Source: an uncultured Candidatus Peribacteria bacterium (GTDB taxonomy: Bacteria > Patescibacteriota > Gracilibacteria > Peribacterales > Peribacteraceae). From it: 64,000 bases of DNA. A model generated the notes under the pieces. That model ran no database searches. It was not told where the DNA came from and saw nothing but the letters and a program-made list of their open reading frames with translations. Every line of letters starts with the position of its first letter. Positions within the stretch are counted from its first letter, which is position 1. Below, piece by piece: positions 1-12,260 of this stretch. The translations under genes and the position numbers were made by a program. Location: positions 7,835 through 71,834 of the forward strand of contig CAYWPL010000008.1 in assembly GCA_964460365.1 (NCBI GenBank), in the 5' to 3' direction.

Positions 1-1382
<1,382 letters not shown>

Positions 1383-1421
1383 TTACGCATCTCAAGTGCT
1401 TTGGCAAGAACGATTCGGCGT

Positions 1422-3794
1422 TCAGTCCGCCGCCTGAAGGCAGGTCTCGAACGTGGGCCTCGGGAAGCCCGTCTGCTCCAATGTTTCGGCCTCGCGGGCC
1501 TGTGCGGCGAGTGCTTCTTCCAGGGGGATCTTCTGCTGGTCATAGTAGCCCACGGGGTCATTGCTGAAATTCTGGATGATTCTGAGGGCCTCGTCGTATG
1601 ACGAGACGCAGTGGAGGTAATTCGGCGCGCTTGACTGCAGGAGTTGCAGCTGAATCTCCATGGTTCCGATCTGTTCGGACGTGAGGACTTTCTTCTCTGC
1701 GAGCAGCACGATCTGCTGACGCAAGAGTTCCCAGAGGTTGCCACCGTTCTGCCCCAGTCCAAGCGGATCCACGAAGATAATCGGCGTGATCAGCTTCTTG
1801 CCGAGCTTCTGTGAACAGAGCGTGATCGCGGCCTCTTCCAGCGTGCCTGCCCCGCCGAGATTGAAGACCTTGAACGTCGCGATGTCGTCCATGAGTTTCT
1901 GGCGCGTGAGGCGGTCCATGTGGTGAAAATCGACCATGGCTTCTGGCTTGCAGTTGCCAGCCTGGCCCTCCACGCAAATGCCGACGCCGATGCGAACGAT
2001 GCCCTGGCGCTCGGCAGAGACGTCGGCCATCTTCATGAACCCCGGACCCTTGCCGTGCGTGACGGCGATGCCGTCCCCGAATTGCTTCTTGAGGCCGCGC
2101 ATGAACGTGTCGAGCTGTGACTGGAACGTGTCATCCAGTCCCTTCACATGCGAGCCGTACATGGCAATGACCGTGTGCACTTTACCCAGCCGTTCCTTCT
2201 CATGCGGTTTCACCCAGAGTCCGCGGTGGAACTCGCGCATGTGCGCGGGGACGGGATCGCCGGTGATTTCGTCTGCCATATCGGGTAGCATCAGATACAG
2301 CTTCGCGCCGCGGCCTTCGAGGCTCTTGAATTGCCCGTAGAGAACGCTGTCGAAGAACAGCGCATGTTTGCGACGCATCCTCTCCGTTTCGGGGAGGCTA
2401 TCGTGCATATCGATGCCGATATCTCCCTCGATCGTGGCGCAGCGCTCTTCCCGGTCTTCGGGGAAGGCGTCGGGCCGGATCCGCAAGCCTTCGGCGACGA
2501 ACACGCCGATATCCGCATCTACAAGTCCGTCCATCACTGTGGGCGGAGGAAACCCCGCGGTCACGAGCATCTTGCCGTGCTGTTGCTCGCCCCCCACCCA
2601 GCCGATCATGTCCGTCACCGGTCGCGCGGCGGGTGGTATGCCCTGGCCGTCGACCCAATCCGAGTCCTTGTCGCTCATGCGCGCTTCCAGAAAATGCCGG
2701 GTCCGCAACTCCGTGAGTCCGTCCTGAAAGCCAGCGCGAGATGCCCACGGGATTTCGGCGGCTCGGCCGGACCGGAGCAGCAGTCCGAACGGCCGTGACT
2801 CAGTGGGGTCCTTTCTGTCCGATACGCTGCGTGCAACGTGCAGGAAACTCCGCTCGGTGATGAGATCGGTCAGGTCGACGCCGTCCCGGATCGTGCGGGG
2901 GACGATGACGCGTTCAGCCAGCGCACGCAGGTCGGCGTCGGGCGGGTAGAGATACATCTGCGCGCGCACGTCGCCCGTGGCAACCGGGCCATCGCCGGCG
3001 TACACAATTTCTACCTGGCGGTCGATGTCCTTGCCCGTGGAGCGGATGCCGTGGATGCGGAACGCCGGCAGGTGATCGGCGCCCGCGATAGTGGTCTGTC
3101 GTTCCAGAATGCCCGTTGCGCCGCCGATGGAAAGGCCGCGCATATAGCCGAGGAAGAACGCTCCGGGCTGGATGACGGATGGAAGAGGCGCGCGTGCGCG
3201 GAGACGCTGGAGTCCGTGCTTGCCGTCGCGCAGAATGCGGCCAATCGCTTCGGTATCGAGCAGCTCGTCGGCGAAATCGTACGCCCCTCGGATTGGAAGA
3301 AGCAGGCGTCCGTCTTCCTCGATCGCCGATCCGTCCGGCAGGAGCAGTTGGGATTTTTCGATCATTCTTTGTACCTGCTCGCGGGTGCAGGCGGAGCCGT
3401 GCGGGATCAGCGCGAGTCCGCCGGGACGTATACTCTCCTTGTTTTTGACCAGATCGCGCAGCGTGCTGAGGATGCGGTCGCCGGTCGTGCCACGCACCGA
3501 TTGAATGGTGAACCGGGCTTCCGCCTCATGGCCGCCGATTTTCAGTGGCGATGCCGGGAAGATGTTCAATCCCAGCTGCGCGTATCCGCTGCGAATGAGT
3601 GTCCGTATCCGTCCCGTCTCGTCCGGTGCGTGATCCAGCATTCCTCGTAGCTGAGCTTCCTCCGCGTCGTCGCGAAGAGGAATGCTCATTGTAACATCCA
3701 TGGACGGGTGCCCACCTTGTTCGCGCATACGACCGATCTCCTTCCGTTTGATGATGCCATCCGCAGTGAAGGTGGGATGCGAAGAGAGAGGCAT
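1422..3794 (-). CDS. Large protein with a C-terminal LOG/PpnN-like (nucleotide 5'-monophosphate nucleosidase-type Rossmann) domain and an uncharacterised ~530-aa N-terminal region
   Basis: 790-aa ORF in the track. The C-terminal ~210 aa (nt ~1560-2183) carries VIAMYGSHV, THGKGPGFM (cf. TGGGPGxM), MDRLTRQKLM (cf. MxxRK) and NLGGAGTLEE (cf. PGGxGTxEE). The N-terminal part has no motif I recognise. A TATACT hexamer lies 16 nt upstream of the ATG. Confidence 0.75.
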   Translation of the reverse strand: MPLSSHPTFTADGIIKRKEIGRMREQGGHPSMDVTMSIPLRDDAEEAQLRGMLDHAPDETGRIRTLIRSGYAQLGLNIFPASPLKIGGHEAEARFTIQSVRGTTGDRILSTLRDLVKNKESIRPGGLALIPHGSACTREQVQRMIEKSQLLLPDGSAIEEDGRLLLPIRGAYDFADELLDTEAIGRILRDGKHGLQRLRARAPLPSVIQPGAFFLGYMRGLSIGGATGILERQTTIAGADHLPAFRIHGIRSTGKDIDRQVEIVYAGDGPVATGDVRAQMYLYPPDADLRALAERVIVPRTIRDGVDLTDLITERSFLHVARSVSDRKDPTESRPFGLLLRSGRAAEIPWASRAGFQDGLTELRTRHFLEARMSDKDSDWVDGQGIPPAARPVTDMIGWVGGEQQHGKMLVTAGFPPPTVMDGLVDADIGVFVAEGLRIRPDAFPEDREERCATIEGDIGIDMHDSLPETERMRRKHALFFDSVLYGQFKSLEGRGAKLYLMLPDMADEITGDPVPAHMREFHRGLWVKPHEKERLGKVHTVIAMYGSHVKGLDDTFQSQLDTFMRGLKKQFGDGIAVTHGKGPGFMKMADVSAERQGIVRIGVGICVEGQAGNCKPEAMVDFHHMDRLTRQKLMDDIATFKVFNLGGAGTLEEAAITLCSQKLGKKLITPIIFVDPLGLGQNGGNLWELLRQQIVLLAEKKVLTSEQIGTMEIQLQLLQSSAPNYLHCVSSYDEALRIIQNFSNDPVGYYDQQKIPLEEALAAQAREAETLEQTGFPRPTFETCLQAAD

Positions 3795-3892
3795 GTCGAC
3801 AACTCCCAGTAGTATAGAGAGCGGTGACTGCTGGCAAGCATATCGCCGAGGGTCACTGATAATGCAGCATCGCTCTGCCGCAGAATTATGCG

Positions 3893-3917
3893 CAAAAAAA
3901 GCGGCGCCGGAGCGCCG
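3893..3917 (-). terminator. Intrinsic terminator downstream of the YtxH-like gene
   Basis: On the minus strand: GCGGCGC-tccg-GCGCCGC (7-bp GC stem) followed by TTTTTTT. It lies 24 nt after the stop at 3941. Confidence 0.75.
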
Positions 3918-3940
3918 CTTGAATTTCCGTGGGAGACGGA

Positions 3941-4309
3941 TCAGACCTTGGACTTCTTCATGGTCATCTTCTTGCCGCTGAAGCTCTTGGCACCTTCTTT
4001 CCAGAGCTTGGACGCCTGTTTGCCGCCGTCCTTCATCATCTTCTCCACGCCCTTCTGGGCTTCGGCGAGCTTCTTGGAGGCGTAGACCTTGGCCTTCTTC
4101 AGGTTCTTCTGGACGTCATCGCTCTCGGCGAATTTCTTCACCTCGTGGGCGATCTTCTTGCCGTCCTTGGAGAGATGCGAGCCGAGCATCTTGGCTGCGG
4201 ACTCGGCGTCTTTCGCCTTGGAGAGCTCTGCGCGGAGCTTATCGTTGCTGAGGATGTAACCGGCGAAGGCGCCGCCGAGGGTGCCGAGCAGAAGGGAAAA
4301 CTTTTTCAT
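3941..4309 (-). CDS. Small membrane-anchored YtxH-like / general-stress-like protein
   Basis: The 141-aa track ORF probably starts at the internal ATG at 4309. MKKFSLLLGTLGGAFAGYIL is a single N-terminal helix. It is followed by a Lys/Ala/Glu-rich helical region (KLRAELSKAKDAESAAK...). Confidence 0.65.
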   Translation of the reverse strand: MKKFSLLLGTLGGAFAGYILSNDKLRAELSKAKDAESAAKMLGSHLSKDGKKIAHEVKKFAESDDVQKNLKKAKVYASKKLAEAQKGVEKMMKDGGKQASKLWKEGAKSFSGKKMTMKKSKV

Positions 4310-4393
4310 AACGCAGAGAGGGTAGGGAAGTACAAACAATTCTACTGATGAGTAGACGCGTTGCAACGAAAGTCCTTACAAGATCGGCTGGCG

Positions 4394-6938
4394 TCACCCT
4401 CGCAACGTCGCGCGCAGCGACTGGAGTTGGGCGTCGGTCAGGATCTCGGAGAGCTGTTCGTCCGTGGCCTCGCGCACGCCCGAGAGCGTCCCGAACCGCC
4501 GCAGGAGGTCTTTTTTTGTCTGTTCGCCGATGCCCGGGATGTCGTCTATCGCCGAACTCACAGCATGGCGCAGTCCGCGTTTCTCGCGGTGGCGGTTAGC
4601 GAAGCGATGCGCCTCGTCGCGCAGCCGCATCAGCAGGAACTTGGCGGGGCTGTCATCGGGGAAGGGGATCGGCACGGGATTGTCCGGCACGAACACTTCT
4701 TCCTCCCGCTTGGCCAGTCCGATGACGGGCAGCGTCAGCCCGCAGTCCTTCAGCACCTCCAGTACGGCGTTGAGCTGGCCCTTGCCGCCATCGATCACGA
4801 GCAGATCGGGCCTGCTGGAGAGCGACGGGTCAACCTTGTTCTGCGACGCCTCGTACATCACGGCGACGGGTTCGCCGTCGTGCGATCTGGCGAATGCTTT
4901 CAGCGACGGTTGCAGCGCCTTGGGGGGCTTGATGACGTAACGGAACCCGATGTCCGCGTAGGTCAGCTCGAAGGCCGGCTCGATGATGGCGTACATCTTT
5001 CCCTTCTTCACGGATCTCTGCAGCTTGCGTGCGATGAACCGCCCCAGCGGCCCCTGCGCGTATTCCTCGTCGGTCCAGAGCCTGCGCAGTTCCATCGCCT
5101 GCCCGCCGAGGTCCGTCATCCGGCCGAAGCCGACGATGCGCCCCTCCTGGCGCGCCACCAGATACTCGGCTGTCGTGATGCCCTTCTTTCCTGCTGCTGC
5201 CTCTGCATCAAGCGTTTCCAGTGTGTCTTTCTCCGCCTTTCGCGCTTTGCCGAATGTCACGCCTCGGTCCTTCCAGCGCCGTTCCTCCTCCGGCAGATCC
5301 TCGCAGATGTGGCGCAGGCGGCGGCGCAGGACTTCCTTGAGCGCGCGGTAGTCGTCGATGTCGCCGCGCTTGATCGACCGGATCGTGAACGACCGGTAGT
5401 GATCGTTGGCGGGCTTGCCGCCGCGTATCACCACCATGCTGCCGACTGTCTCGGTGCCATCGAGGTGCGAGATGTCATACCCCTCGATCCGCTGCGGCAG
5501 GCCGTCGAGCTTCAGGCGCTCCTGCAAACCCTCCAGCGCGCGCTTGATGTTATCCTGTTCGGATTCCCATTTGGCTTCGTGCTGGCGGGCCTTTTCCAGC
5601 GCGTTTTTCTCCGCGAGTTGCAACAGATGTGATTTCTTCCCGCGCTCGGGCACCGCGAGATGCACGCGGCCGCCGCGCTTGGTCGTCAGCCATTCTTCCA
5701 GAACCGCGCGGTCGCCCGGATTCTCACTCACCGTCACCGTGCCCGGGATATCCTGCGCGTCGTCGTAGAACTGCGGCAAAAACTGCTCCAGCACGTCGCC
5801 CGCGGAATCGGCCTGCCCCATCAGCGCGAAGTGCGATTCGCCGATCAGGCGGCCTTCCCGCCGGTGCAACACGACGACGTGCACGCGACCCGAGAGCATC
5901 GCGACACCGACGATGTCACCGTCCTCGCCGGTGGTGTCCGTTGCGATCTGCTCCTCGCGTTTGCCCTCTAGCCGCTGGAGATGATTGCGCAGCCGCGCGG
6001 CCATCTCGAATTTGCGTTCCGCCGCCGCGGTCTTCATGTGTTGTTCCAGGATCGCGCGCACGTGGGAGCGGTCGCCGCGCAGGTATTCCATCAGGCGCGC
6101 GATGCGCTCGCCGTACTCTTCCCGCGTGATCGCGCCCGCGCAGGTGCCGCAGCACCGGCCGATCTGATGATCCAGGCACGGGCGCATGACGGTCAGGGGA
6201 TCGCGGTTGGCATTCAGGAGATCCAGCGACTGGCGGCATGCGCGGTATCCGAGTGCTTCGTGCAGCAATTCCAGCGTTTCCCGCGCCTCCTCGCTGCTCA
6301 GGTACGGCCCGAAGTACCTGGCCTTGTCATCGTTCATCCGCCGCACCAGCTCCACGCGCGGCCACGCGTCCGTCACTGCCACCCGGACGAACAGGTAATT
6401 CTTGTCGTCCTTCATCAGCACGTTGTACTTGGGTTTCAGTTCCTTGATCAGATTCGTCTCCAGGATGAGCGCCTCTAGCTCGCTGTTGGTCACGGTCATA
6501 TCCACGTCCGCGATCAGTTCCAAAAAGGCCCGGCGCCATGGGCCGATATCCGCGCCCGGCTGGGGATTCACATATGACCTGAGGCGATTGCGCAGGTTTT
6601 TGGCCTTGCCGACGTAGAGCACGTCACCTTTTTCATCGAGCCAGCGGTAGATGCCGGGCTCGGTCGTCGCGGCCGCCACGCGTTTACGCAGCGCCCTCAG
6701 GCGGGGATTTTCCGTCTTCGCGGCTTTCCCGCCCTTGCCGGTCTTGTGGATGGAGCCGCGGTTCGGCACGGCCGGATGATACAGGAGACGCCCGCCGGCA
6801 GCGCCGTTCCCACCCGTTTTCGCGCCCCGTGAAGCCCTGCGCGTTGACTTTCGGCGCCTCTTCCCTACGCTCTTCGATGAATCGCCGATCTCTGCCGATC
6901 GGCGAGGCTCTCTGCATCCTCTTTTCCTCTCTAATAGC

Positions 6939-6940
<2 letters not shown>
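4394..6940 (-). CDS. uvrC: Excinuclease ABC subunit C with a ~170-aa internal insertion
   Basis: Motifs present: GIY-YIG (EPGIYRWLDEKGDVLYVGKAKNLRNRLRSY), a UVR-like helix (AAERKFEMAARLRNHLQRLE), the endonuclease region (IEGYDISHLDG ... LLVIDGGKGQL ... GLAKREEEVF ... RDEAHRFA) and a C-terminal HhH pair (IPGIGEQTKKDLLRRFGTLSGV). The start is uncertain: ATG 6940 overlaps the hppA ATG. An in-frame GTG at 6679 lies 8 codons before the GIY motif. Confidence 0.9.
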
Positions 6941-9059
<2,119 letters not shown>

Positions 9060-9466
9060 TCACGGTTCTTGCGACCCGCTGTTCCGGTCTCCGGTGTGGC
9101 GGGTTTCCTGTTGCTGCTTCTCCAGTTTCGCGGTCAACTTGCGCAGCAACGTCCGGTAATAGGCGGGGTCGCGTTCGGGGTCGTGGTCCATTGTTCCCGG
9201 TAAGCGGAGCAGCGCGTGTATCACGCCGCGCGCGAACTGCCGGGAATAATACCCAACGCAGTGTCTGCCCTCTTTTGCGGAGTGGCATCTGTGTCGGAGA
9301 TCCCGGTGACGGCGGGTCGCGGTCTGCGCATGAAGGGCCGATTCTTGTTTTTTTCCGCGAAAATCAACCGTTCAGTGCCGCACAATCCCGCTATGGCCTG
9401 CGGAAGCCTAAATCTGACATCGGGCTGGAAGGCGGGTACACTGGCCACGTTCCCCCCCCGCATTCT

Positions 9467-10189
9467 ATGAAACACGAAATCCTCCTCCGTCCGTCGTATT
9501 CCGCGCTCCGCTGCGTGCTCGATGCGGGCGACGACATCCATGCCGAATCCGGCTCCATGCTCGCCATGGATGCGACCGCGAAGATCGAGGGCTCCATGAA
9601 GGGTGGCGCGATCCAGGCGCTCAAGCGCGCGTTCCTCACGCGCGAGAGTTTCTTCGTCACGACGATCACGGCGTCCAAGGACGACACAGAGGTCTATCTC
9701 GCGCCGCGCGCGACGGGCGACATCGAGGCGATCACCCTGAAGGGCGACGAGTACATCGTGCAGGGCGGGTGTTTCCTGGCCTCGAACGGCGATGTCAAAA
9801 CCGATACGGCGTTCACGGGCTGGAAAGGCTTCCTCAGCGGCGAAGGCATTTTTATGATCAAAGCCTCGGGCACGGGTACCGTGTTCGTCTCCAGCTTCGG
9901 CGGCATTATCCAAAAGATCCTTACGGCTGGAGAGCAGTTCATCGTCGATAACGGCCATATCGTCGCGTTCCCGGCTTCCATGAAGTACACGGTGGAGTCC
10001 GCGGGTTCCGGGCCGTTCAGCATGGTCACGACCGGAGAAGGCCTCGTCTGCGTGTACACCGGACCGGGCACGATTCTCCTGCAGTCCCGCAACCTGCGCA
10101 CATTCGCCGAGTCGCTCAATCCGTTCCTGCCCAACCGGCAGAGCTCGCAGGGTGCCGGCAATCTCCTGGGCCAGTTCATGGGCGGCTGA
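9467..10189 (+). CDS. AIM24 / TIGR00266-family protein (DUF124)
   Basis: This is the C-terminal 240 aa of track ORF 8873-10189, starting at ATG 9467. The sequence has the beta-rich pattern typical of this family: MKHEILLRPSYSALRCVL...ESGSMLAMD...GEGIFMIKASGTGTVFVSSFGGI...IVDNGHIVAF...GEGLVCVYTGPGTILLQS. The upstream part of the ORF is Arg/Gly-rich junk. Confidence 0.82.
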   Translation: MKHEILLRPSYSALRCVLDAGDDIHAESGSMLAMDATAKIEGSMKGGAIQALKRAFLTRESFFVTTITASKDDTEVYLAPRATGDIEAITLKGDEYIVQGGCFLASNGDVKTDTAFTGWKGFLSGEGIFMIKASGTGTVFVSSFGGIIQKILTAGEQFIVDNGHIVAFPASMKYTVESAGSGPFSMVTTGEGLVCVYTGPGTILLQSRNLRTFAESLNPFLPNRQSSQGAGNLLGQFMGG

Positions 10190-10190
10190 C

Positions 10191-10892
10191 ATGCATCCCT
10201 TCCGTTTTTTACTGATGCTTTCTCTCTTCTCCTCGCTCGGAGGCTGCGCTCCCTCCACGCAGCCGCAGACCGTCGGCGATACCGTGACGGCGGACGAGAT
10301 CCGGTTTATCCCGATCGGGGATTCGTACACGATCGGACAGGGTGTGCGCACCGAGGATGCGTGGCCGTCGTTGCTGGCGGAGTCGCTGCGCGCCGAGGGC
10401 ATTCCGTTGCGTCTCATCGAGAATCCGGCCCGCACCGGCTGGACGACGCAGGACGCCATCGACGGCGAACTGCCGCTGTTCGAGGCGTCACAGCCTGCAT
10501 TTTCCACGCTGCTCGTCGGCGTGAACGACTGGGTGCAGGGCGTGGATGCGGGGACGTTCCGCACGCGCCTTGCGTTCCTCATGGATCAGATGCTCGCGGT
10601 CCTGCCACCGGGACGGCTCATCATTCTCACGATTCCCGACTACTCCGTGACGCCCGCCGGAGCGCGATTCGGCGATCCTGTGATGAATGCCGCGGGCGTA
10701 CGGGCGTTCAACGCGATCATCGAAGACGAAGCCGTCAAGAGATCGCTGCCACTCGTCGATCTGTATCCGGTCAGCCTGGGGATGGGCGAGGATCGTTCGC
10801 TCGTCGCGGATGATGGCCTGCATCCCTCAGGCCTGGAATATCGCGCATGGGAAGAGCTCATCCGACCGGTCGCGCTGGAATTGCTGAGGTAG
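10191..10892 (+). CDS. SGNH/GDSL-family hydrolase lipoprotein
   Basis: The start ATG at 10191 lies one nucleotide after the stop codon of the previous gene. There is a signal peptide plus lipobox (LFSSLGGC). Block I is IGDSYT, block III is GVNDW and block V is DGLHPS. Confidence 0.85.
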   Translation: MHPFRFLLMLSLFSSLGGCAPSTQPQTVGDTVTADEIRFIPIGDSYTIGQGVRTEDAWPSLLAESLRAEGIPLRLIENPARTGWTTQDAIDGELPLFEASQPAFSTLLVGVNDWVQGVDAGTFRTRLAFLMDQMLAVLPPGRLIILTIPDYSVTPAGARFGDPVMNAAGVRAFNAIIEDEAVKRSLPLVDLYPVSLGMGEDRSLVADDGLHPSGLEYRAWEELIRPVALELLR

Positions 10893-11628
10893 GGAGTGCC
10901 TTCATTGCGGCGTCGATGTCTTTTTTGAGCGCGTCCGCGCGCTTCTGGCCCTGTGCGCGCTGCTCGGTAGAGAGCATGTCCGAGAGCTTGCCCAGGTTGT
11001 CGGCGGCCTTCGGGAAATCCTGTTTGGAGGCCAACGTGAGCCATGCGTAGCCCTCCACCAGATCCTGCGTCATGCCCTCGCCGCGGATCGCCATGATCCC
11101 CAGATTGAACTGCGCGTCCGCTACGCCAAGGAGCGCCGCCTTGCGGAAGTTCTCCAGCGCCGCGTCGAAATCGATCACCTGTCCCTGTCCGAGGTAGGCC
11201 ATCAGCCCGAGCTCGTACCATGATCGCGGATTGCCGTTGCGCGAGGCCTCGGTGAACCAGCGGCGCGCGGCGACGTAGTCCTGTTTCACGCCTTCGCCCT
11301 TGTAGTACATCAGTCCCAGGTTGAACTGCGCCCTGCGCTCTCCCGCCTGGCCGGCTTTCTCAAACAGATCCCGGGCCCGTGCGTAGTCCCGCGGCACGCC
11401 GTCGCCGTCGTGGTACATCGCGCCCAACTGGAACATGGCATCCGGATCTCCCGCCGCGACTTTCTGTTCGATCTCGGCTTTGGAGAGGACCGGGGCCTGG
11501 CTCGTGCCGAGCACGATGCCGGTGCCGAGTGTCCCGCGCTCCGTCAGGGGCACGGACGGCGTGGCATTCCCGCACGCGGTGAGCGCGAGGCAGAAGACAG
11601 TGGAGAGGAGAGTCGGGAGACGGCGCAT
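10858..11628 (-). CDS. Sel1-repeat (TPR-like) lipoprotein
   Basis: The N-terminus MRRLPTLLSTVFCLALTACG is a lipobox. Repeated Sel1 units follow (AMFQLGAMYHDGDGVPRDYARARDLFEKAG, AQFNLGLMYYKGEGVKQDYVAARRWFTEA, and others). Confidence 0.85.
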   Translation of the reverse strand: MRRLPTLLSTVFCLALTACGNATPSVPLTERGTLGTGIVLGTSQAPVLSKAEIEQKVAAGDPDAMFQLGAMYHDGDGVPRDYARARDLFEKAGQAGERRAQFNLGLMYYKGEGVKQDYVAARRWFTEASRNGNPRSWYELGLMAYLGQGQVIDFDAALENFRKAALLGVADAQFNLGIMAIRGEGMTQDLVEGYAWLTLASKQDFPKAADNLGKLSDMLSTEQRAQGQKRADALKKDIDAAMKALPTSAIPARPVG

Positions 11629-11684
11629 GGGCGGAGTGTACTATCCCGGCTCGGGCAGCGACAGAGACGCAGCCGCGAATTACC

Positions 11685-12260
11685 GTGTTTTCAGTCCCAC
11701 GGCGGCGTATCCTGCGAGTCATCCTCCTCGCGAATATCATTACGGGCCTGATGGTTATCGTCGTCCTGGCGATCTTTGTCACCGGGATCTATCACATGTT
11801 CATTCTCCGGGTGCCCTATGTGCCGACGCCCGAGAAACTGGCGACGGAGATGGTGCGACTGGCGGGCTTGGGCGCAGCGGACACGGTCTACGATCTCGGG
11901 GCGGGGGACGGGCGCATCCTGCTTGCCGCCAAGCGCGCACAGCCCGGGATCCGCGCCGTCGCCGTGGAACTGGCGCCCACCGTCTGGCTGCTGGGGCTGG
12001 CGCGGACATGGTTGGCGCGGCAGCGCATCGAATGGCGGATGCGGAGCGTGCTGAGTGTCGATTTGCGCGACGCAGACGTCGTGTTCGTCTACTTGCTGCC
12101 ATCCCTGATGGCAAAACTGAAGACGAAATTCGACGCCGAACTGCGCAAGGGCACCCGCGTGGTGTCGCATGCGTTCCGCTTCCGCGATCTCACGCCGAGC
12201 CAGGAGGTGACGGTGCCGTGGGGCCGGAGGTCGAAGACGCTGCTGCTCTACGAGTGGTGA
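11685..12260 (+). CDS. Class I SAM-dependent methyltransferase with an N-terminal membrane helix
   Basis: Motif I is VYDLGAGDGRILLAA, followed by AVELAP and DVVFVYLLP. The N-terminal segment ILLANIITGLMVIVVLAIFV is hydrophobic. The 3' end overlaps the convergent comEC ORF by 71 nt. Confidence 0.8.
   Translation: MFSVPRRRILRVILLANIITGLMVIVVLAIFVTGIYHMFILRVPYVPTPEKLATEMVRLAGLGAADTVYDLGAGDGRILLAAKRAQPGIRAVAVELAPTVWLLGLARTWLARQRIEWRMRSVLSVDLRDADVVFVYLLPSLMAKLKTKFDAELRKGTRVVSHAFRFRDLTPSQEVTVPWGRRSKTLLLYEW

Noticed and set aside
9060-9191. 43-codon minus-strand ORF directly after the hppA stop.
   Set aside because: There is no promoter, SD or terminator signal, and no recognisable family. It is too short to judge by composition, so it is mentioned only in the finding on this spacer.
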